Assembly (NCBI GenBank): GCA_003518365.1
Contig: DOYU01000010.1
Span: 1,938-65,937 of the forward strand
DNA length: 64,000 nt
Source of the DNA: Candidatus Magasanikiibacteriota bacterium
Lineage (GTDB): Bacteria; Patescibacteriota; Patescibacteriia; Magasanikbacterales; UBA922
Direction: 5' to 3'
The position numbers were made by a program, and so were the translations under genes. Positions 9,091 through 18,944 of this stretch are shown one piece after another. Positions within the stretch are counted from its first letter, which is position 1, and every line of letters begins with the position of its first letter. Below the pieces are notes generated by a model. The model was not told the DNA's origin. It saw nothing but the letters and a program-made list of their open reading frames with translations, and ran no database searches.

Positions 9091-11082
9091 ATGTCAGACG
9101 AACAAGATTCACAATTTTTTCGACTGCCAATAGATGAACATCTTTCTGTTCCTGTTAGGGAAGAAACGATCTGGATAGAAGGTGTACATCCTACAGCAGG
9201 AGACAAATCTATTGGCACAAGAAAATTTGTGACAGAAAGTATTACCACAAAGAGACTGTACATATTTATTATTTTGGTAGCTGTTACTTTTTTGTTACTG
9301 GTGATGCGTGTAGGATTTTTGCAAATTGTGCAAGGGGCATCGTATAGAGATGCTGCAGAAGGGAATCGTCAACGGGCTCTTCCAATTCCAGCTGAACGTG
9401 GTCTTATTTTTGATAAAAATAATATTCAGATGACAAAGAATGTCCCAAATTTTGCATTGGCGCTCGTACCACAAGACTTGCCAAGAGATAAAGAAGAAAG
9501 AAAAAATATTATTGGACGCGTCGCATCCTTAACACATACACCTGTAGAGGAAATTGCAGAAACCATAGAAAAGTACGGTTCATATAGCTACGAATCGATT
9601 ATCATTCAGGAAGATTTAGATTATGATACAGCGATGAATGTGTATATCGCTTCCGCCGACATACCAGGCATTCACATTCAAAGAGGGAGTAAACGACTGT
9701 ATGTTGAAGAAAAAGATGAAAGTGAGATGCCATTGCCTATATCACTTTCGCATGTACTTGGGTATCTCGGCAAATTAAGTCCAGAAGAATTGGATTCACT
9801 CTACCAGGTAGGATACCTCCCTTCAGACACGATAGGAAAAACAGGCGTAGAAAAAACCTATGAGCCATTTCTGCGTGGTACGTATGGTACAAAACAAATT
9901 GAAGTGGATTCGTTTGGTAAAGAACAAAAAGTGTTAAGTGAAGATCCTCCTGCACCAGGAAGTCATGTTGTTTTGAGTGTAGACATCCACATGCAAAAAG
10001 CACTTGAATACTATATCCAGAAAGCACTCGATGTCGGTGGATTTTCCCGTGCATCAGCTATTGCCATGGATCCACGTGATGGATCCATTCGGGCACTCGT
10101 CAGTTTGCCAAGCTTTGATAGCAATGATTTTTCTGGAGGCATTGATATTGATACGTATCAAACGTATATTGATGATGCCAATCAGCCACTGTTTAACAGA
10201 GCTATTTCGGGTGCATTTCCATCTGGATCTAGTATCAAGCCAGCATTTGCAGCAGCTGCCCTTCAGGAAGGCCTTGTCACACAAAATACAACCTTTTTGA
10301 GTACTGGTGGCCTCGCCGTAGGGCAGTGGTTTTTTCCGGATTGGCAATCAGGTGGGCATGGTATTACCAATATCAGACGTTCCATTGCTTGGTCAGTGAA
10401 TACATTTTATTACTACATTGGGGGAGGTTTTGGGGATTTTGTTGGTATGGGCGTAGAGAAAATGATGGAATATTTGAAATATTTCGGATTTGATGCGACG
10501 CTTGGTATTGATTTGCCTGGAGAAGTCGCTGGCTTTTTACCTTCCAAAGAATGGAAGGAACAAACAAAAGGTGAACGGTGGTATGTCGGAGATACATATA
10601 ATATTTCAATTGGTCAAGGGGATATTTTGGTAACACCACTACAAATAACATCCTATATTGCAACTATTGCGAATGGAGGTACTATATTCAAGCCACATGT
10701 AGTCGAAAAGACGATTGATATTGCAACAGGGGTAGAGCATGCGATTTCATCTGAGGTGTTAAAAATTGTTCCTATTTCCGACACAAATCTCAATATCGTT
10801 CGTCTCGGCATGAAAGATTGTGTTGACTATGGGGCATGTCGTAGGCTATCATCTCTTCCTTTTGAAATAGCAGGGAAAACAGGGACAGCACAATGGAGTA
10901 GTGTCAAGGAGCCTCACGCATGGTTTACTTCATTCGCGCCATACGAGAATCCTGAGATTGTCCTCACCATTTTAATAGAAGAAGGAATAGGAGGCAGTGA
11001 ATCAGCTACACCCGTTGCCTATGATTTTTACCGGTGGTGGTGGACCTACAAGACAACTGGGGATATATCACTTGACGAGTAG
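9091..11082 (+). CDS. mrdA: Penicillin-binding protein 2
   Basis: RG.IFD, GKTGVEKTYE, SSIK (SxxK), SVN (SxN) and KTGT motifs. Confidence 0.93.
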   Translation: MSDEQDSQFFRLPIDEHLSVPVREETIWIEGVHPTAGDKSIGTRKFVTESITTKRLYIFIILVAVTFLLLVMRVGFLQIVQGASYRDAAEGNRQRALPIPAERGLIFDKNNIQMTKNVPNFALALVPQDLPRDKEERKNIIGRVASLTHTPVEEIAETIEKYGSYSYESIIIQEDLDYDTAMNVYIASADIPGIHIQRGSKRLYVEEKDESEMPLPISLSHVLGYLGKLSPEELDSLYQVGYLPSDTIGKTGVEKTYEPFLRGTYGTKQIEVDSFGKEQKVLSEDPPAPGSHVVLSVDIHMQKALEYYIQKALDVGGFSRASAIAMDPRDGSIRALVSLPSFDSNDFSGGIDIDTYQTYIDDANQPLFNRAISGAFPSGSSIKPAFAAAALQEGLVTQNTTFLSTGGLAVGQWFFPDWQSGGHGITNIRRSIAWSVNTFYYYIGGGFGDFVGMGVEKMMEYLKYFGFDATLGIDLPGEVAGFLPSKEWKEQTKGERWYVGDTYNISIGQGDILVTPLQITSYIATIANGGTIFKPHVVEKTIDIATGVEHAISSEVLKIVPISDTNLNIVRLGMKDCVDYGACRRLSSLPFEIAGKTGTAQWSSVKEPHAWFTSFAPYENPEIVLTILIEEGIGGSESATPVAYDFYRWWWTYKTTGDISLDE

Positions 11083-11163
11083 AAGAACGTTTGGGTATAC
11101 TCAATGAAACCGCTCTAGAAGCGGATATTTTTATCAATTTGAAGGAGAGATTAAGGAACATGT

Positions 11164-11628
11164 ATGACAACAACACAATATCTTTCACAAGAAAAAAAGG
11201 GTGAGCTTGAACAGGAATTGATTGATCTGAAATTAACAAAAATTCCAGAAATTGCACAACGTATTGACGAGGCAAAGCAGATGGGCGATCTTTCTGAAAA
11301 TGCAGAGTATCATGATGCAAGAGATCAGATGGCATGGGCCCAGAGCCGCGTTCTTGAACTCGAAGCAATTTTGCACAATGCCGAAGTCATTACCACAACA
11401 GGCTCTGGCGATGGTGTTGTTGATCTTGGAAGGACCGTAGTGGTGAAGGTCAATGGCAAAGAGAAAGAATATACGATAGTCGGGGCGCAAGAAGCAGATC
11501 CTTTGTCCGGAAAAATATCCAATGAATCGCCGCTCGGAGAAGCGTTTATGGGAAAGAAGAAAGGGGATGCAGTTGTGGTTGAAGTTCCGGCAGGAGTGCA
11601 GGAATATAAGATTATTGCAGTCAAGTGA
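11164..11628 (+). CDS. greA: Transcription elongation factor GreA
   Basis: GDLSENAEY, ISNESPLGEA. Confidence 0.95.
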   Translation: MTTTQYLSQEKKGELEQELIDLKLTKIPEIAQRIDEAKQMGDLSENAEYHDARDQMAWAQSRVLELEAILHNAEVITTTGSGDGVVDLGRTVVVKVNGKEKEYTIVGAQEADPLSGKISNESPLGEAFMGKKKGDAVVVEVPAGVQEYKIIAVK

Positions 11629-11633
11629 TCTTT

Positions 11634-11682
11634 GTAACTCAGGTCTTTATACCTGTGACTCAAATCTAAAGATTTGAGTTAC
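11634..11682. repeat. REPIN: inverted doublet of GTAA-type REPs
   Basis: GTAACTCAGGTCTTTATACCTGTG (11634-11657) plus inverted GTAACTCAAATCTTTAGATTTGAG (11682-11659); homologous to the REPs flanking the RAYT gene. Confidence 0.85.
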
Positions 11683-11702
11683 AATTTTTATCTCAACAAA
11701 GC

Positions 11703-11738
11703 AAAAAAAGACGACTTTCCCCAAAAGTTGTCTTTTTT
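11703..11738. terminator. Intrinsic terminator after greA
   Basis: AAAAAAAGACGACTTT...AAAGTTGTCTTTTTT stem-loop with A/T tails. Confidence 0.6.
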
Positions 11739-11780
11739 ATATATATTTGTTACTATAAAGAGCGTAAATAAGCGAAAAAT

Positions 11781-13253
11781 ATGCCAAAACCAGAAATAGA
11801 TATTAATGACGAAAGAACAGTGAGATTAGCGAAACTTGCCTCGTTGACAGAAGCAGGGAATTCTTCATTTCCTGCACATTCAGAAAAGCAACATACGGTA
11901 GCAGAAGCAATTTTGAGTACCGAAGGAAGTACGGTGATCACGGCAGGAAGAATCATGTCAAAACGAGAAATAGGCAAACTTACGTTTTGTCGCTTGCAAG
12001 ATGTGAGCGGTGTTATTCAGCTCATTGTCAAACAAGATGAACTTGAAAAAGAAGTGTATAAGCAATTTGTAAAACTAGTTGATGCGGGTGATGTCGTCGA
12101 TGTGACAGGGGAGCGATTCCAATCAAAAACAGGAGAGGATTCTATTCTGGTAAAAAAATACTCAGTTTTGACAAAGGCACTCTTGCCACTGCCAGACAAA
12201 TTTCATGGATTGCAAAATGAGGAGCTTCGCATGCGCAAGCGCTATCTTGATTTACTCACCAATCCAGAACTTCGTGATATCTTTGTAAAGCGTGCACACT
12301 TTTGGGATGTAACCAGAACTTTTTTGAAAGACAATGGATTTTTTGAAGTAGAAACACCCTATCTCGAGACAACTACCGGCGGCGCAGAAGCAACACCGTT
12401 TCAAGCACATCACAATGATTTTGATATTGATGTGTATCTTCGCATTTCTGTCGGTGAACTGTGGCAAAAGCGTCTCATGGCAGCAGGATTTGAAAAAACA
12501 TTTGAAATCGGTCGTGTGTTCCGCAATGAAGGATCGAGCCCAGATCATTTGCAGGAATTTACCAACATGGAATTTTACTGGGCATACGCTGATTATAGAA
12601 AAGGCATGAAACTCGTCCAAGAACTCTATCAAAAAATTGCGATCGATGTATTTGGCAAAACTGAGTTCACAACAAAAGGCATGAACTACGATCTTGCAGG
12701 AGAATGGCCAGAAATTGATTATGTGAGTGAAGTAAAGAAGCAAACCGGCATTGATGTATTGAAAGCAAGTGAAGATGATATGCGAAAGAAGCTCGATGAG
12801 CTTGGTGTCGTCTACGAAGGAACAAACCGAGAGCGACTTACCGATACACTCTGGAAATTTTGTCGCAAGAATATTGCTGGTCCAGCATTCCTCGTCAATC
12901 ATCCAAAACTGGTTTCGCCACTCGCAAAAACACATCGTGACAATTCAGAACTGACCGAACGATTTCAGATCATCATTGCCGGCAGTGAGATCGGCAATGG
13001 CTATTCAGAATTGAATGATCCTATTGAACAGCGCGCACGATTTGAAAAACAACAAGAACTTATCGCATCAGGTGATACCGAGGCTATGATGCCAGATTGG
13101 GAATTTGTCGAAATGCTCGAGCACGGGATGCCACCTACGTGTGGCTTTGGCTTTGGTGAACGATTTTTTGCATTTCTCGTCGATAGGCCACTTCGTGAAG
13201 TGACACTTTTTCCACTGGTGAAACCTATTATCGAAGAAAATAGCGCAGAGTAA
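11781..13253 (+). CDS. lysS: Lysyl-tRNA synthetase (class II)
   Basis: OB-fold N-terminus, GGAEATPF, FRNEG, GNGYSELNDP, GMPPTCGFGFGER. Confidence 0.96.
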   Translation: MPKPEIDINDERTVRLAKLASLTEAGNSSFPAHSEKQHTVAEAILSTEGSTVITAGRIMSKREIGKLTFCRLQDVSGVIQLIVKQDELEKEVYKQFVKLVDAGDVVDVTGERFQSKTGEDSILVKKYSVLTKALLPLPDKFHGLQNEELRMRKRYLDLLTNPELRDIFVKRAHFWDVTRTFLKDNGFFEVETPYLETTTGGAEATPFQAHHNDFDIDVYLRISVGELWQKRLMAAGFEKTFEIGRVFRNEGSSPDHLQEFTNMEFYWAYADYRKGMKLVQELYQKIAIDVFGKTEFTTKGMNYDLAGEWPEIDYVSEVKKQTGIDVLKASEDDMRKKLDELGVVYEGTNRERLTDTLWKFCRKNIAGPAFLVNHPKLVSPLAKTHRDNSELTERFQIIIAGSEIGNGYSELNDPIEQRARFEKQQELIASGDTEAMMPDWEFVEMLEHGMPPTCGFGFGERFFAFLVDRPLREVTLFPLVKPIIEENSAE

Positions 13254-13255
13254 AT

Positions 13256-13672
13256 ATGAAAACGGTCCTCCTCTTTGGAACCTTTGATTTTCTCCACAGC
13301 GGGCATATGCATACGTTTGAGGAAGCAAAGAAGCTTGGCGACACATTGATCGTGTCAGTTGCGAGAGACAAGGCGGTGGAAACAATAAAAGCAAAGTTTC
13401 CACTGCATTCAGAAGAAGAGCGTCTCAACTTGGTGAGACATATAGATATTGTGGACGACGCAATTCTTGGTGATGAAGAACAAAGCGTGTATTCGTTTTT
13501 TGACAAATTCATTCCAGATATCATCGCACTCGGCTATGATCAAGATGCATTGAAGGAAGATATTGAAACATTCATAGCAACCCACGACTACGCAACGACG
13601 TGTGTGACACTCCCTGTCTATAAAAACGGAGATATGAAATCGAGTAGAATAAAAGAAACACTAGCAATATGA
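13256..13672 (+). CDS. Cytidylyltransferase-family protein (FAD synthase RibL-like/TagD-like)
   Basis: FGTFDFLHSGH (HxGH), VARD, IALGYDQ, SSRIK. Confidence 0.8.
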   Translation: MKTVLLFGTFDFLHSGHMHTFEEAKKLGDTLIVSVARDKAVETIKAKFPLHSEEERLNLVRHIDIVDDAILGDEEQSVYSFFDKFIPDIIALGYDQDALKEDIETFIATHDYATTCVTLPVYKNGDMKSSRIKETLAI

Positions 13673-14718
13673 AACGACGAAAATTATTGATAGCAACAAC
13701 AAACGAAGGCAAGATAGGCGAAATTACGCATTTTTTGAAATCGCTTCCGTTTCATCTCGTAACATTGAAGGATTTGAATCAAGAAATTGAAGAACCTGAA
13801 GAAACGGGTGCAACGTTGCAGGATAATGCAATTCTTAAGGCAACATACTACGGAGAAAAAGCAAATATGCTCACACTTGCTGATGACGGTGGACTTTTTA
13901 TTGATGCTCTTGATGGCTGGCCAGGCGTAAAAAGTGCTCGTGCATTCAATGGTACAAGTGTTCTTGAAGATGATGACATGCTCAAAGCACTTGAAGAAGT
14001 CCCGGAAGAAAATAGAAAAGCAGAGTTCAAACTTGTGACAGCAATATACGATCCACAAGACAAAACAGTGTTCACTGCAGAAGGAGCTGACTCAGGATCG
14101 GTACTCAAAGCACCCGTGAAAAATGAAGTTGTCAAATGGGGATACAACAATGTGTTTTATTCCGATGCTCTTGGAAAAACGTATGGAGAAATGACAATTG
14201 CAGAAAAGAATGGTTCAAGTCATCGAGGAAAGTCTCTGAGTCAAATCAAATATTTTCTTCAGAATCAATACGGTGGCAAACATTTTGTCGTTCCTGTAGC
14301 AATTATTATTAGGGATGGAAAAATTTTGATGAACAAACGTAATGATCCACACAATCCACAATTTCACGGCGTATGGGAATTTCCCGGTGGCACAGTAGAA
14401 ATGGGAGAAACTATTTTTGAAAATGTTGTCAGAGAATGTAAGGAAGAAACAGGGTTCGATGTAAAAGTTCTCGAACAGTTGCCTACCATTCGCGTCAAAA
14501 CGCGTCATATTGAAAAGTTTAGTTATCAAATTTATTTAGTCCCTGTCATAGCAAAAATTGTTGGTGGAGACGGAGTATTCAGTGATGATGAAGTATTAGA
14601 AATGCGATGGTACACACCAGAAGAGATTCCATCCTTACACCTGTTCCCAGACGACGGCAACATGGTGACAGAATATTTGCCAATGATAAATGATGCAATA
14701 TCCCGAAACTCCCTATAA
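13669..14718 (+). CDS. HAM1/RdgB non-canonical NTP pyrophosphatase fused to a NUDIX hydrolase
   Basis: ATTNEGK, EETG.T..DNA..KA, ADDGGL, SHRG; C-terminal NUDIX box GGTVEMGE......RECKEETG. Confidence 0.9.
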   Translation: MKRRKLLIATTNEGKIGEITHFLKSLPFHLVTLKDLNQEIEEPEETGATLQDNAILKATYYGEKANMLTLADDGGLFIDALDGWPGVKSARAFNGTSVLEDDDMLKALEEVPEENRKAEFKLVTAIYDPQDKTVFTAEGADSGSVLKAPVKNEVVKWGYNNVFYSDALGKTYGEMTIAEKNGSSHRGKSLSQIKYFLQNQYGGKHFVVPVAIIIRDGKILMNKRNDPHNPQFHGVWEFPGGTVEMGETIFENVVRECKEETGFDVKVLEQLPTIRVKTRHIEKFSYQIYLVPVIAKIVGGDGVFSDDEVLEMRWYTPEEIPSLHLFPDDGNMVTEYLPMINDAISRNSL

Positions 14719-14752
14719 ATTGTTTATTGTTATTTGCTTATTGTGTATTGAC
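14718..14752. repeat. 7-nt tandem array (5 units) filling the intergenic gap
   Basis: aattgtt-tattgtt-atttgct-tattgtg-tattgac. Confidence 0.6.
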
Positions 14753-14754
14753 AT

Positions 14755-16005
14755 ATGATTGATATCAAATTCATCCGCGAAAACGTGGAACTTGTAAAGG
14801 AGAATTGTACAAACAGAAATGTTACGGTGGACATTGATCGTCTTTTGGCTCTTGATGAGACTCGTCGTGGTCTGCAACAAGAGATAGATGACTTGAAATC
14901 AGTGAGGAATGCAACATCAAAAGGAAAGCCGAGTGAGGAAGATATCGCAGCGATGAAAGAACTCGGTGAAAAGATAAAACGTATTGAAGGAGATTTCAAA
15001 AGTGTCGAGCCAGAATATCTCGATCATCTCCTTTTGGTCCCAAATCTCACACATCCCGATTCACCAATTGGCGGGGAGTCGGATTTTGTCGTTGTTGAAG
15101 AACGAGGAACTGTCCCCACATTTTCATTTGATCCAAAAGATCACGAAGCCATCATGACAGATCTGGACCTGCTCGATTTTGAACGCGGTGCAAAAGTCGC
15201 TGGATCAAAATTTTATTATGTCAAAAATGATGCAGTGCGGCTCAACCAAGCATTGCTAAATTACGGCATGGATGTACTCGAAAAACATGGCTATACCCTT
15301 CTGGAAACACCAGACCTTGCAAAAGACCAGATCCTTGAAGCATCAGGATTCAATCCTCGCGGCGCAGAATCACAGACGTATAAGATTGAAGAAACTGATC
15401 TGAACTTGATTGGTACGGCTGAAATTACCGTCCTTGGCTATCACGCAGACGAAGTGCTTGATTTGTCAGCAGGACCAAAGAAGTATGCCGCACTTTCACA
15501 CTGCTACCGTCGTGAAGCAGGATCATATGGACGAGAAAGTAAAGGACTGTATCGTGTTCACCAGTTTACAAAGCTCGAAATGTTCATCTTCTGTAAACCT
15601 GAAGAAAGTGAAGCCCTCCATACAGAACTTCTGAACATTGAGAAGGAAATTTGTGACGGACTCGGGCTTGCATACCGTGTCATCGATATCCCAACAGGAG
15701 ATCTCGGTGGTCCAGCATACAGAAAATATGATCTCGAAGCCTGGATGACTATGAAAGAGGGAGAAGATAAATACGGTGAAATTACCAGTACAAGTAACTG
15801 TACAGATTACCAAGCTCGTAGATTGAACATCAAGCACAAAGAAGGGGAGAGCAAGCCTGAATTTGTCCATACGCTCAATGGCACAGCGATTGTTCTTTCA
15901 CGTTTTCCAATCGCGATTGTAGAACAATATCAAAATGAAGATGGCACAGTGACTGTGCCGGAAGTGTTGAGAAAATATATGGGGAAAGATATTATTGGAG
16001 TATAA
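14755..16005 (+). CDS. serS: Seryl-tRNA synthetase
   Basis: MIDIKFIREN, GTAE, YRREAGSYG, GLYRVHQF, SNCTDYQARRL, HTLNGT. Confidence 0.96.
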   Translation: MIDIKFIRENVELVKENCTNRNVTVDIDRLLALDETRRGLQQEIDDLKSVRNATSKGKPSEEDIAAMKELGEKIKRIEGDFKSVEPEYLDHLLLVPNLTHPDSPIGGESDFVVVEERGTVPTFSFDPKDHEAIMTDLDLLDFERGAKVAGSKFYYVKNDAVRLNQALLNYGMDVLEKHGYTLLETPDLAKDQILEASGFNPRGAESQTYKIEETDLNLIGTAEITVLGYHADEVLDLSAGPKKYAALSHCYRREAGSYGRESKGLYRVHQFTKLEMFIFCKPEESEALHTELLNIEKEICDGLGLAYRVIDIPTGDLGGPAYRKYDLEAWMTMKEGEDKYGEITSTSNCTDYQARRLNIKHKEGESKPEFVHTLNGTAIVLSRFPIAIVEQYQNEDGTVTVPEVLRKYMGKDIIGV

Positions 16006-16015
16006 CCGATATTGT

Positions 16016-16039
16016 GTAACTCAGGTCTGAAGACCTGAG
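16016..16039 (+). repeat. REP left of RAYT
   Basis: GTAA followed by palindrome CTCAGGTC-TGAA-GACCTGAG. Confidence 0.9.
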
Positions 16040-16056
16040 AGTCACGCAGATTTACT

Positions 16057-16581
16057 ATGCCTCTTGATCAGACAAAACAATACCCAAAACGACCAAGACT
16101 CCAGGATAACACAAACTATATGGGTACACGTGGCTACTTTGTGACGATAAATGCATACAACCGAATGAAGTATTTTACACATAAAAAAATTATTGAGTCA
16201 CTCATAGGATATCTACAAGAGACATCCAAGGTGAGTTTTTTTGATATCGTGGTGTACTGCTTTATGCCTGACCACCTACATTTGGTCGTGGAAGGAAAAA
16301 AAGAAGAAAGTAATCTCCTTTCATTTATCCATTCGTTCAAACAAAAGAGCGGTTTTGCCTTCAAAAAAGTACATAAACAAAAGCTCTGGGCGACAAGTTT
16401 TCATGATCGAACATTGCGAAAAAGTGAAGATATAAGAGGCGTCGGCAGATATACACTTGCCAATCCAGTAAAAGCAAATTTAGTAAAACATGCGCTCGAA
16501 TATCCGTACTCAGGCTCTTTTGTCTATGATCTGAAAGAATTGGTCCAAAGTGATATCCCAGCGTATTACGCTCAGGTCTGA
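16057..16581 (+). mobile_element. REP-associated tyrosine transposase (RAYT, Y1 HUH family)
   Basis: YFVTI, YCFMPDHLH (HUH), LW..SFHDR..R, Y...NPVKA.LV, YPYS; flanked by inverted REPs. Confidence 0.9.
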
Positions 16582-16594
16582 AGACCTGAGTTAC
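16571..16594 (-). repeat. REP right of RAYT (inverted; contains the RAYT stop codon)
   Basis: Minus strand reads GTAACTCAGGTCTTCAGACCTGAG. Confidence 0.9.
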
Positions 16595-16602
16595 ATTTGT
16601 TT

Positions 16603-17340
16603 ATGCAAAAAACGGCATCACAATCTAAAATCTTAGTTGTTCTCCCCGGCTGGAACGGCTCGCATGAAACATGGACAGACTTTGTAGCACTTGCAAAACC
16701 GCATTTTCAAGATGTCGTGGTGATAGATTTGCCGTGCTTTGGTGATGAACCGTGCCCGAAAGCAGTGTGGGGCGTAGAGGAGTATGCTGAGTTTGCGAAA
16801 GAAAAAATAAGCAAATATGCAAATAGGCAAATTGTATTGCTGGGGCATAGCTTCGGAGGATCCGTAGCAACCCAGCTTGTTGCGAATAATCCAGACATTG
16901 CTTCTAAACTCATTCTGAGTGGAGCTGCTGTCATCCGTCCGAAAAATTATCTGAAACGATTCATCTTTGGGACAATGGCAAAGATTGGAAAAGGTTGTAT
17001 TGCCATTCTGCCATCACAAAAGCTAAAAATTCTTGCAAAAAAGGTACTCTATCGAGTAGCCGATTCACCAGATTTTTCAAATACAAGTGGCATCAAACGA
17101 GACATTTTTAAAAAGATTATTCGACAAGATCTCCGGCATCTTCTTTCGTCCATTGCTATTCCAACCTGCGTGATGCAAGGGACAGAAGACACCTATGTGC
17201 CATTCCGACATGGAAAAATTATTGCTGATGGGATTCCATCTGCATCGTTTGTTGTGATAGAGCAGGGGACACATGGATTGCATCAGAAAAAGACCGCAGA
17301 AGTCTTTTTATCTGATATACTAGAGTTTTGTAACAAGTAA
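16603..17340 (+). CDS. Alpha/beta hydrolase
   Basis: LPGW, DLPCFG, GHSFGG nucleophile elbow, GTED..VP, C-terminal His. Confidence 0.88.
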   Translation: MQKTASQSKILVVLPGWNGSHETWTDFVALAKPHFQDVVVIDLPCFGDEPCPKAVWGVEEYAEFAKEKISKYANRQIVLLGHSFGGSVATQLVANNPDIASKLILSGAAVIRPKNYLKRFIFGTMAKIGKGCIAILPSQKLKILAKKVLYRVADSPDFSNTSGIKRDIFKKIIRQDLRHLLSSIAIPTCVMQGTEDTYVPFRHGKIIADGIPSASFVVIEQGTHGLHQKKTAEVFLSDILEFCNK

Positions 17341-17348
17341 TATTTTGT

Positions 17349-18944
17349 ATGAGCGTTCCATATTTTGCATATATCATAGGAGGTCTCTGGATTGTAACGG
17401 CAATATTTGATTATGCCTATTTTACCTACTTTGCACAACTAAAAGAATATCGTTTTGATCGATTCAGGGATTTTTTGACAACACAAGCAGGCAAGGAAGA
17501 ATTGTTTGGGTATCGTATCCTTTGGCGGGCATTGCTAGTTATTGTATTATATACACTTTTGCATGGGACACTGTCCAATATGTTGCTTGTTTCGTGTATT
17601 ATCGGGATTGATATCATCGCAAAAATATACTGTATTTGGAGAAAATCAATTCGTCGTCCAGTGCCAACACCAAAAGCACTTCTCATCGTTGGCATGCTTG
17701 TAGGTATGGAAGGAATGATGCTGTTGTTCCTACCATATATCAATATTTTGTTATTGGTGCTTGTATTTAGATGGTTTTTGACAGCCGGAGTAGTTCTTAT
17801 CCTCTCTATTCCATCCTTTCTCGCTAAAAAAATGTATATAATGATAGCAACAAAGAAAATTGCCAGATATAAAAAATTACGCGTTATTGGCATTACAGGG
17901 AGCTATGGCAAAAGTAGCACAAAGGAATTTTTATCACAGATACTCGAAACAAGATATGCAATCAAAAAAACACCAAAAAATACCAATACGGAAATAGGAA
18001 TTGCAAAGCATATTTTGAAAACAGACTTTGCCGGGGTAGATGTCTATGTGGTGGAAATGGGTGCATATCGCATGAAGGAAATAAAAAAAATATGTGATAT
18101 CGTACATCCGCAGATAGGGATTTTGACAGCAATCGCCCCGCAACATCTTTCCCTCTTCGGTTCTATGGAAAACATTGCCGCAACAAAAAAAGAACTACTC
18201 ACATCACTCCCAAAAAATGGATGGGCTATTACCAATATTGATAATGCATATTGTAGAGAGATTATTTCTAATCTTTCTTGTCATATTCGAACATTTGGCT
18301 CAGATGAAGAATACAAACCAGATATTCTTATTCGTGATATAGAAAATATTGAAAACGGCATTACCTATCGTGTGTCTGACGATACGATGGATCATATCGT
18401 ACGTCTCAATATTTTAGGAAAGCATAATGTTTTTAATATTGTTCCTGCAGCTATAGCCGCTCATCGGATTGGCATGTCAGATGAGGATATAGATATGGCA
18501 ATCGAAAAACTTACACCTGGACATGGTTCGATAACAATATCACCCTATGGAACGGCGACGATCATTAATGATAGTTACAATTCCAATCCAGAAGGTTTTA
18601 AAGCAGCGTTAGATATATTAAATTCATTTTCTTCTTCGAGAAAAAGAATTGTTATCACGCGTGGGATGAGAGAATTGGGTGATCTCAGTGATGAGCTGCA
18701 TGAACAAATAGGCGGAGAGATTTCGTTTGTTGCAGATGAACTTATTATTACCGAAAAGGATGTCGCAGCATCTCTCGCAAAAGGTGTCGTGTCAAAATAC
18801 AACACACACATACAGCACATTTACGATCCGCACGAACTCCTAAAGTATGTACAAGGGTTGAAACATACAGATGCCGTGGTATTAATTGAAAATAGACTCC
18901 ATATCATGATTGCAAAAGAGTTAGATATCGCATTGACCGCATGA
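17349..18944 (+). CDS. murF: MurF-like Mur ligase with N-terminal membrane domain
   Basis: GITGSYGKSSTK, NTEIG, VEMGAY, NDSYNSNP, GMRELG; about 160 hydrophobic N-terminal residues. Confidence 0.8.
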   Translation: MSVPYFAYIIGGLWIVTAIFDYAYFTYFAQLKEYRFDRFRDFLTTQAGKEELFGYRILWRALLVIVLYTLLHGTLSNMLLVSCIIGIDIIAKIYCIWRKSIRRPVPTPKALLIVGMLVGMEGMMLLFLPYINILLLVLVFRWFLTAGVVLILSIPSFLAKKMYIMIATKKIARYKKLRVIGITGSYGKSSTKEFLSQILETRYAIKKTPKNTNTEIGIAKHILKTDFAGVDVYVVEMGAYRMKEIKKICDIVHPQIGILTAIAPQHLSLFGSMENIAATKKELLTSLPKNGWAITNIDNAYCREIISNLSCHIRTFGSDEEYKPDILIRDIENIENGITYRVSDDTMDHIVRLNILGKHNVFNIVPAAIAAHRIGMSDEDIDMAIEKLTPGHGSITISPYGTATIINDSYNSNPEGFKAALDILNSFSSSRKRIVITRGMRELGDLSDELHEQIGGEISFVADELIITEKDVAASLAKGVVSKYNTHIQHIYDPHELLKYVQGLKHTDAVVLIENRLHIMIAKELDIALTA

